DNA from: Octopus vulgaris | Lineage: Eukaryota | Assembly (NCBI GenBank): GCA_951406725.2 | Contig: OX597816.1 | Location: 94,798,001-94,862,000 of the forward strand | Length of the DNA: 64,000 nt | Direction: 5' to 3' | Shown: positions 54,870 through 64,000 of the stretch, piece after piece | Layout of the letters: every line of letters starts with the position of its first letter | Numbering within the stretch: the first letter of the stretch is position 1 | The notes under the pieces: generated by a model | What the model was told of the DNA's origin: nothing | The model's input: only the letters and a program-made list of their open reading frames with translations | Databases searched by the model: none | Program-made: the position numbers and the translations under genes

Positions 54870-54981
54870 CTATTAGAATTAGGCCGGGATTCAGTAGATT
54901 GTTGCCTTGTGATCTCACGTGGTCGTTGGCTTGTAGCTTGTTTTACTAATCCAGATTTCTCAACTCGTGCTCTTCGGTTAC
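54870..54981 (-). CDS. MADD: MADD exon: GNRRARVEKSGLVKQATSQRPREITRQQSTESRPNSN
   Basis: ttatag acceptor and gtaagt donor, phase 1->2. Resembles human MADD GNRRALVDQKSSVIKH (recalled). Confidence 0.9.
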
Positions 54982-55533
54982 CTATAAAATCAATAAAAGA
55001 GAACTACATTTTAAAATATTTTCCAAAATGACAATCTTAAATTTTAGGTCAATTAAATGATACATACTGCTTTAGCATAATATATATGGTAACCATGTAC
55101 CTTCTCTATTGCAAGACACCTTCCTGTTCTGCTATTCATACTTTAACCTCTTATTACTTGGCACAAAGCTACCACCCTCAATACTTCCCATTGTTGAGGA
55201 GTCTTGACTTGCAATTTGCTTGGTGACCTTATTGCTACTGGGGCTATGTAAAAAGCACCAACTACACTCTAGTATTTGATATTAGGAAGGACATCTAGCC
55301 ATACAAACCATGCAAAAGTAGATAGTAAAGATTCACATAGTCTTTTGACTTGCCATCTCTTATCAAACTATCCAACCCATGCCAGCATGGAAGGAGGATG
55401 TAAATTGATAATGATGACAAAAAACAGAGATTGATATTAAAGAAAGTGAAATAACTAAAGTGACTAAGAGATAGGAACTGAATGTGAGGTGTGCATAGTA
55501 GGCTGCAGTTTAAAGGTGTATGAAGTAACTTAC

Positions 55534-55599
55534 CTAAAGGTGCAAATGGTTTATTTTGCGGTTTGCTGTGGAAGTTTGGCATAACAGATCGATTATTCC
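55534..55599 (-). CDS. MADD: MADD exon: GNNRSVMPNFHSKPQNKPFAPL
   Basis: tgtcag acceptor and gtaagt donor. 66 nt, phase 1->1. PFAPL precedes GNRRA, similar to vertebrate PFPSLKGNRRA (recalled). Confidence 0.85.
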   Translation of the reverse strand, partial: GIIDLLCQTSTANRKINHLHL

Positions 55600-56199
55600 C
55601 TGACAAAGGAACAAAAGAAAAATCAATAAAAATACTTAAACAATACTTTAGACATATTTCAAACATTAGTTCCAATATTTTTGTCTTAAAAACATCTTGC
55701 ATATATAAAATACAAACCACCAAAAGCATGTGCTGTACTGTGCTTAAAATTCAGATATAAACATATAATGTCCAGTAACAATTTCTTTCTTATTATTCAG
55801 CCATAGTTATTATTTCATTAATTTAAATAGCTTACGCAGCTCTAATATTTCTTCTCATGATCAATGACAATTTAAAGTGTAGATGAACTAATTTGATCTC
55901 TACATTTCATCAATAAAATCTAACTGCAGGATAGCAATTTCTCCTATGAAGGAAAAAATAAAACAGTTTACTTCAATGAATACATATATGATATAAATTA
56001 TAGAGTAATTAGGGGACCTCACTGTGTGATAGGATATATGGGTCTTAATTAACAAGTCAAAGCGAAGTGAGGCATAACAAAATTTTTCATAAAAATAAAA
56101 ATGTGATGAAACAAAATGATTGCCATAAAGGAAAAGTCTAAATTTACATATTTAATGTTCCGTTAAATGCATTGCTTCTTCCTTGTCAGATGCTCCCCC

Positions 56200-56800
56200 A
56201 ATCTGCCAGACATGAAGCTGTTGAGTCTGTGCATTTAGCTGCGTAACTACTCTACACCTGCCTGTCTGCCAACCCCTTTCTGCTCCACACTCATCCACCA
56301 ACTAACTATATGCTTTCAGTCATGCTCAACCTGGAACCTACACATATTCTAACACTTGATGCAACACTTGTCCCTTCACCTTCAACATAATCTAAAAACT
56401 CAATGCAAGTTGAATTTACAACCACATTGATTGCACTACTGCTAATCTGATTGAGTGTTTACGTATTGTCACTGTAACATCTTATATATTATAGAGACCA
56501 ATCACTGACTAGGTGAGAACTTTGTGAGAATCTTCTGAATGTCTATAATAACATACTACGTCTCTTAAATTCCATTACTAGCTACTCTAACCTCTCTGGT
56601 TACTCCACTTTGTTACTATTCAGTCTTTGTTTGCTGATGCAATGATCCAAAGGCAACCTCTCACATCAGTAAACAATGGTTCATTTTTCAACTTGTGATT
56701 TTAATTCTTAGAGGTATGAATACTTATTTCCAATTTTACAACTAGCTCTACCATCAACTATCTGAGGTTATATTTGATTCAATACCTTTCTTTGTAATTG
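56200..56800 (+). mobile_element. Decayed Penelope-like GIY-YIG endonuclease fragment
   Basis: CNTCP...IDCTTANLI.C...CNILYI.ET remnants. Confidence 0.45.
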
Positions 56801-57149
56801 TTGTGTATCTGTGTGCCCATTTCTGCTGAATCAACACAACTCTGCCAACCCTTCCTTTCAATATGCCTCCCTCACTAACCTTTTGCCACACAGATCACGT
56901 CTCTATCAGATCTCCATGGTTACACCTCACTCCATATATCATTCACTGCAATTATGCCATTATCCACTGCTTACTTGTGATACTTTTAACCTATTCACAT
57001 TTTCACTTCTGCCAGTCATTGTTTGACCATGCTGATGCAGAATTTGTGCCTAAAAATTCAGAGTTTTTCACTCCACATAATAACTATACTTACTGAAATT
57101 ACAAACTCATATGGATTCTGTAACAATATAATGTGAATAGGTCAAGAAA

Positions 57150-57660
57150 AGCAATTAGAAGTACTAAGGGAAACTGTTTAGTTTAATTAAGGAATATAAA
57201 GTAAATCAAAATGCTCAGGGAAGGAAAAAAGAAATAGAAGCTATAAGCTTTCTACAATAAAGAAAACAGTTTACTTATTGAGAACAGAAAAACATAAAAG
57301 AAGAAGATAAAACTGAAATGGAACCTCAAAAACTATGACAAAAAAGTGGCAAGAAAACTTTTCTAAGTCAATATGTTGTCAATATTTTATAGAAAGAAAA
57401 TCAGTATGAAATCCAACAGTAGATTAGAAGCTCCAAACTAAAAGTAGAAATACAAGGTTTGATTTTGGTGGCTCAGGATCAACAACTAAGCACAAAAAAC
57501 TACCAAAATGTAATAGTAAAAGTGAAGAACACCATCAGTAGACCAATCAATAAGTTACAAAGAAACAACTGATCACATCATTTCTGGATGCCATCTTTAC
57601 AAAGGTCATAACTAAAGGACATGACTGAATAGTGCTCACGGGGTAATATATACCAAAGCT
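57150..57660 (+). mobile_element. Decayed R4/Dong-like non-LTR C-terminal fragment
   Basis: VAQDQQLSTKNY and ETTDHIISGC remnants. Confidence 0.45.
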
Positions 57661-58166
57661 AACAAATTTTGATACACTAAGATATCTTGACAATCAAGGA
57701 GATCAATGCAATCTCCGTTTAATAAAGTAACGCAATACATACTCTTACATAACTGATACATGGTACTATGACACATTGCATATGAGTCTCCTAAGGCAGA
57801 CTTTAAGCCAGACATAGGGTAAGCTTTTTTGAAAAATGACCCACATAAGCTATGACTTATCATCAGGTGGATTGCACTACTAGAAAAAAATTCAAGGCAA
57901 TTTTTTTTATTAGTGTGCCATTCACAAAGTTCTGATGATTGCAGCTTGCCAATGACAGCTCTAAGTGATTACTCAACTTGATAAGAATAGAACATGCTGC
58001 AGGTGGTGCAGTAGAACCTCACATGGAACTGTTGAAAGCATGATAATAATAATAATGGTGATAGTAGTAGTAGTAAAGGCTTTTGAAGAAAAAATATATT
58101 TAACTATAAACATAAAATTTGGTTATGAATTATAAAATGAATAAATGCAATAAATAAAAAAGTTAC

Positions 58167-58293
58167 CAGCCAGTTCTCCCAGAAATCCCGATAAGGTGCT
58201 ACTAGTGCTCTGAGCTAAGCCACTCAATTCACTACTGATAGTGGACATTATAGATGATGCAGTAGGAGATTTGTCTGAAGATTCAGACAGTTG
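58167..58293 (-). CDS. MADD: MADD exon: QLSESSDKSPTASSIMSTISSELSGLAQSTSSTLSGFLGELA
   Basis: tttcag acceptor and gtaact donor, phase 0->1, open frame. Confidence 0.85.
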
Positions 58294-59238
58294 CTGAAAT
58301 GTAATAAATAAAATGAGAATTGGTAAAATGCAGCAAGTGTAAAATATTCAAAATGATATTCAAAAAAGCTAAAGATAATTTTTCCATTACATTGGTGATG
58401 TTTAGCACTAGTCTAAAAGAACTGCAATAAATTGAATATTCATGCATATATGTAGGGCTCTGCTATTAGATTTGTGGTATTCACTTACACAATTAAGTTA
58501 TACATTCATATAAAATTGTACTGTACCAGTAATTACATATATTGAATAAAAAAGAAGTGATATTAAATGTTAAGTCCTCAAAAATTAATCATAAGTTAGA
58601 TCTGTCAGTCAAATACAGAATATTGATAGGTAAAGTAGAATAGTATATTACAGATAAGTACGGAAAACTATATATAAATGTCTAAATTTTGCCCACCATA
58701 AATATATAATTATATAATTACTAATAATCTAAGAAAGAAAGAAAAAAAAAACGATATGCTCCATGATTGCTGTAAACAACTAACCATTTATTATTTAAAA
58801 CTATTTAAAACTAATTATTTAAAAAGTAAATTTCAGGCATCAGTTACTTTCTTCTGGAAAAAAAAATGTCAATTGCAAGCCCTGTAATGTCTTCTATGTC
58901 TAGTCATGTATTATTCTCGTGTCATATAATTTCTGCAAAATCTGGCAACACATGAGATAGCATCTACAAATATTCACATTATGAAAACTAACATTAATGA
59001 TCAACTAGGAGCAACTATATTACAGATCTCTATTTTTGGTATAAAAATTCAAGTGATAAAATTGAAAACAACTTTTGTCAACGAAAAATAGCAACTATAG
59101 ATGATCTATATTAATGAGAGAACGAATTTTCTGTAATTATGAGAATGTATCAGTATATATACACAAGTTTCCAGTATCTGGAAATTTTACAAAAACAGTT
59201 AAAATATAATAAAAAATTATATATGGTTTAACATTTAC

Positions 59239-59518
59239 CTTTAATTTTAGAGGACGTTTTCCTGATGTGTGAGCAGTAGAGATGGCACCAAAAGCAGGTT
59301 TCTGACTTGAATAACTAGGAGTACCACTAGTGCGACTAGGGCCAACAGGAGACTCCAAAGACTGTGTTCTATCAGAGAGGGGTAGTGAATAGGGTGTATT
59401 TCTTTTCTCATTGGTATTTGACTTCAGTGATGGAACGACAGGAGCTTGTGAACTTGCACTTGAGGACAATGGCTGTACATAACCTGGCTTGCCTCCACCA
59501 GTTACAGATCTTGAAGAA
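59239..59518 (-). CDS. MADD: MADD exon, Ser/Pro-rich: SSRSVTGGGKPGY...KRPLKLK
   Basis: ttttag acceptor and gtaaat donor, phase 2->0, open frame matches ORF 59137..59532. Confidence 0.85.
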
Positions 59519-61959
59519 CTAAAATATATCATATAAATACATTAAAAAATTTTCAAAATAAGATGCAAAAATAGTTAATCAATTTAACAATAAACACAGA
59601 CTATATTTGAGATACATGATTGGTCTATAGAGGAAATTTTCATAGACCTTAAAACCCACAAGATCCTGGCATCACCTCAAACTTCCACAGACAAAGTGAT
59701 ATTGACAGGTTCTAAATTAGGAGAAAAGTGAGAGAGAAAGAGGCACAAGATTAGAACAAATAACCTTTGAATGTCCTACAATATCACTTAGCTTCTGCAA
59801 AATGACAGCAAAAATAAATGCATCAACTAAACGCTCATAAGTCGATCCTCATGAAGTACTTCTCATTGACTTCCTATTTGAAAACAGAATTGTAGAACTA
59901 GCATACACCTACAAAGATCTAAAAGAGACACTGCATACTGCAAAGCATCATGCATAGATATGTTTTCTATAAGCTTGAAGATGATGATCATATTAACATG
60001 AAGTGTAGTGTCTCTTGGATTTGAGGCCATGACATCATGTCACATCCTGAAGACTGATTTTATGACCCAAGAGCAGGAGATAACTAAGAAATACCTTATA
60101 AATGAAAGAGACAGTGTAGCTCTTATACATCCAAGATGCAACTGAAAATGTCAGTTATGCCAAATTTCTGTGAACATTACACATGTTAACAATTGCCTAA
60201 AAATGTTACCAAAATACTCCCTCCTAGTTCAACATGATGTTAAAGCAATATAGAATGCCATCCACAATGCCCCTTTTGTTGATTTCATATATATATATCA
60301 ACATAAAGAAGGATTCCAATAAAAACTTCTGAAAAGTGCAAAGTATAAAAGGCCCGTACTAGTTGTTTGAAAAAGAAAAAAGAAATCATGTACAGGCAAA
60401 GGTTTGCTAACATCAAATGCATCAATAATTAATGCGTAAATTTACATATATACATAGGGTCATACAATATCTACTCTTATGCAACTCATGCTACTGTCTT
60501 TATCACTTTTTAACTCTCTCTTTCTTTCCTATTATTCCTTTCTCTAACACTGTTGCTACTTGTCCCCTCTATCACTATCTCACAACAATAAGTTGAAATA
60601 TGATTCCTCCAAATCATATTTCAACTTCAAGACTTCACTTCAGGTTACCACCCTCTCTCCTATTTTTACTTTCAGCCATTGCACTTTAGTCTTCAGTTCT
60701 GTAAGTTACAAGGTAACATTAAAAGTGCTGCTGCATGTGAAATGCACCCAGTTCACTGTAAAGCAATTGGAACATCAAGTGAAGTCAATGCAGGGTTGTG
60801 AGAATTATTTAGTGTTGTTAAGGTTATAGCATCCTCTCTGGTACTGGTACCAAAAAATGCACTGTTGGTGTCAGGAAGGGTATCCAGCTGTAAAATTCCT
60901 GGTAAAACTGAGATACTGGAGTAAGACAAAGATCCTTTAATCTGCTGGATTTTATCAAACCATCCAATCCACGTGAGCATGGAAAAAAGTCTTAAAATGA
61001 TATATGTGTATACACACCCACAGTGGAATACTTCATGAATTTGGCATTGTTTTATAGACTGAATGCCCTTCCTGTCAGCAACCACATTATAATAAAGACT
61101 AGGAGCATTTCATCATACCACTGGCACTTCAGGATTTGCCTACCAAGAGTAACATCTTCATTCTACATTCTGTTAACTTTTATTCAGAGTTACTGCTTTC
61201 TTAGACAGATTGCCTTTACTTGCAGAGTTCACATCTGAATAGGTTTTCATTCTCTGTTTACAATGCTGAAGTTATATTGATAGAACACCGTCAGTATCTG
61301 AGTGAAGGATGAGAGACAGATGGGGCTGAAGATGACAAGAAACCAGTAGAGTTCTGGAATGATGGAGAATGGTGAAGTTTAAAGAAGAGAGGGAAGGGGA
61401 TCATGTGAATGAGAATATGGGACAAGAGGTGAGAAAGGAGATGGACAAGTCCAATAAAAGAGAGGGCTATGAAAGAGAAGAATGGGGAGATAGAAAGATA
61501 AAGATGGGCAGGTAGTTAAGAGATGATGTGAAAACGTTGGGAAATAAGAGAAAAGGAATGACATGGGTATAAGAGGAATCAGATGTACTTTGTAAAAGAA
61601 AAAAGTGCATTGGTACAGACATATAATGAATGTGAACAAAAACAGATGCTAAAAAAAGTGCCAGGAGATCCAAGGAGAAAGTAATTGCAGAAGAGGAAGA
61701 CCAAGGAAAACATGGGCAGAAATTATGAAAGTTGATCTCATAATGAAACATTAAGATAGGAAAAACTTTGTTTTCGCTATAACCAATGAAACTGTTGTCA
61801 TTTTTGATGACTCAAGTACACTAGTTTTAAGAACATTAAAAAAAAAAACCCTAACAGAAGAAAGGAAAATCCAGAAATTTACTTTAAAAATATGAAATGT
61901 ATGTATTGTCACTAAAGACAAAAAAAAAAAAAAAAAAATGAAATTAGAAAGAAAATTAC

Positions 61960-62021
61960 CTATTTGATAGTTTGCTTTCCACTGATGTATTTTGGGGATC
62001 ATATTGAAAAACGTCAGGCAC
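61960..62021 (-). CDS. MADD: MADD exon: VPDVFQYDPQNTSVESKLSN
   Basis: ttctag acceptor and gtaatt donor. 62 nt, phase 0->2, exactly bridging the neighbouring exon phases. Confidence 0.75.
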
Positions 62022-62582
62022 CTAGAAACATTAATGAACAGTAGAAATTTAATTTTCAGAGATAATATATATAATTTACAACAAACTATGCTATTTTATT
62101 GCTTGATCTACATGCACTGTATGTACATACAGATACACACTGGATAAATGGTGGTGGCTCTAACATATGTTTGCATTTCTGCCACTTATCACACAACTTT
62201 CTTGATCACATTTTTCAAAGATACTGTTTGACAGTCCTCATGTCAGTATTTCAAATAATTTAGATTGAGTCATTGAGTTTTAAGACAACAGATATTGTTT
62301 CTATAATGTGGTTATGTAATACTTGAACAAAATCATTGAATTCTTGAATAAGGAAAAATTATCTATAAAATATTGGCATAATTCAAGCCAATAGTTTCAC
62401 TTCGATTTTTGTGCACACAAATTGATACTTTGAAGCTATGGAAAATTAGATATGCAAACTAGCTATAAAGAAAAAACTTTAATTTATAAATTAGTTATAT
62501 AAAAATTTGGACTATAAGACAAAATTCCACATTTTTGTTTTGTTACAGTATTTCTGTGAAGCTTGTTAGTTATCAAAACAAA

Positions 62583-62813
62583 TTAAACCCTCTCGCATTT
62601 AAACCAGTCATACCTGGTCCAAATATTCAATCTAATTTATGTTCAAACCTGTCAGATCTGGCCTCTCACACCTACCCTACAACATCATTCAAAAAATAAG
62701 CTATTACATCATCAAAATCTATGAGCTATGAGATAATGTATGATTAATCCAAAACAATGTAAATAAATAAGAATTATATTTGACAGAGAAATCATCTGCT
62801 ATAAAAAGGAATA
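62583..62813. mobile_element. Decayed short non-autonomous DNA element (TTAA/piggyBac-like ends)
   Basis: Begins ttaaaccctctcgcatt and ends in degenerate gctataaaaagg. Resembles a common octopus repeat (from memory, unverified). Confidence 0.4.
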
Positions 62814-62873
62814 ACTTTTTCCATATAATTTATCATAATTTCTTGAATTAAATGCTAACAATTTTATACTTAC

Positions 62874-63079
62874 AACTTCTTTTTGATCTTCAGCAAACGA
62901 AGGATGATTATCTTGACTGTAAGTTGGACTAGAGGATGCTGAAGAATCCCCATCACTTTCATGCGTTGTAAGGCTTGATTCATTTGTGCTGATATTTGTT
63001 TCAGGAACAAGTAATTTGCTGGGAGGGGAGAATATTTTTGAGTGGTCAACTGCCAGGATTTGGTTTTCAGGCACAAAAA
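62874..63079 (-). CDS. MADD: MADD exon: IFVPENQILAVDHSKIFSPPSKL...AEDQKEV
   Basis: ttctag acceptor and gtaagt donor, phase 1->0, in frame with flanking exons. Confidence 0.85.
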
Positions 63080-63152
63080 CTAGAAAATTAAGAGAAAAAA
63101 AAAGCAGCGTTTATTTTTGTCAAATGACTTTTATTGGTATTTATTCAAGAAA

Positions 63153-63391
63153 AGTATTATCTACATGTAGAGTAGAAGTGTTAGTTTCTATGTATAAATT
63201 TTTCAGCAAGCACAGACTGACAGAGTGTATTAGTCATCAGACTATGATATATATATATATCATATATATATATCATATATATATATATCATATATATCAT
63301 AGTTTGATGACTAATACACTCTGTCAGTCTGTGCTAGCTGAAAAATTTATACATAGAAACTAACACTTCTAATCTACATATAGATAATACT
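63153..63391. repeat. Near-perfect inverted repeat (~100-bp arms) around a (TA)n/ATC spacer
   Basis: agtattatctacat..gtcatcagactatgatat mirrored by atatcatagtttgatgac..tagataatact. Confidence 0.92.
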
Positions 63392-63557
63392 AAACAAAAA
63401 GCAAGCTTAAAAACTTGCTATTTGTGAAGAAAAATGAATTAGTCAAATCTGAACATTTTCTAAAGAATTAAAAGTTAACAAAACTTTATACTATTAGGGA
63501 CCAAATTTACAGATAGAACTTTAAAAAATTAAATCTATGCTGTAACATAATACTCAC

Positions 63558-63668
63558 TTGGTGTATCTCCATCAATTTCACTGTTGACCATGTCAGTAAC
63601 AAAATCACTTAGTGATGAGTATGATGAACTAGTACTGTCTGCTCCATCACTGTCACTACCACTCTCGT
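63558..63668 (-). CDS. MADD: MADD/Rab3-GEF exon (first in window): DESGSDSDGADSTSSSYSSLSDFVTDMVNSEIDGDTP
   Basis: ttcag acceptor and gtgagt donor, phase 1->1. SSYSSLSDFV..M..EI.GDTP resembles the MADD segment after the DENN domain (recalled). Confidence 0.9.
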
Positions 63669-63714
63669 CTGAAAGAAATATATATATAATGATTACTAAA
63701 GTTGTTGTTAGAGA

Positions 63715-63910
63715 ATGCATTGGTTTGGACATGTGATGTGTATGAGTAAAGACAGCTGTTTACAGAAGTGCCCGTCACTGAAAGTGGATGGTACCTGTGG
63801 AGACCCAGGAAGACATGGGATGAAGTGGTGAGGACCAGTCTCAAGATGTTAGTACTCACAGAGGAAATGGCAATGGACCGAGATGTTTGGTGATATGAGG
63901 TTCTAGAAGA
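63715..63910 (+). mobile_element. RTE-clade LINE 3' fragment
   Basis: WFGHV...GRPRKTWDEVVR remnant, homologous to 13330-13540. Confidence 0.7.
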
Positions 63911-64000
63911 GTTGCCATGTCAAAGAAACAGTGTTAAAAGAGTTGGATCTCACCCACATGTAACAATAAACTTTTTACACACCCTATTTCAAGTAACCAA

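Noticed and set aside
57020-57070. Hammerhead after the GIY-YIG remnant (ctgatgcag..)
   Set aside because: The core is incomplete, with no GAAAC or stem III.

Overview
AT-rich, intron-rich eukaryotic genomic DNA, most likely a coleoid cephalopod (octopus). This taxon call is an inference from the tRNA-derived SINE families, RTE/CR1 LINE remnants and very long (TA/CA)n tracts. The whole window lies inside one minus-strand gene encoding a MADD/Rab3-GEF (AEX-3) orthologue. I traced 19 phase-consistent exons from 63668 down to 1637; the DENN N-terminus and the last exons lie outside the window. One exon uses a GC donor. The large introns between 51251 and 15507 contain several further candidate cassette or micro-exons. 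The introns hold a near full-length dead mariner, a pogo/Tigger-like MITE, SINEs, RTE, CR1, R2-Hero-like and Penelope-like fragments, and two long hairpins. The most notable signal is a young, CpG-rich element at 31221-32324. It carries two identical, apparently intact type I hammerhead ribozymes spaced 534 nt apart, in a Penelope-like inverted-plus-tandem arrangement, antisense to MADD. Most ORFs in the supplied track are microsatellite artefacts.
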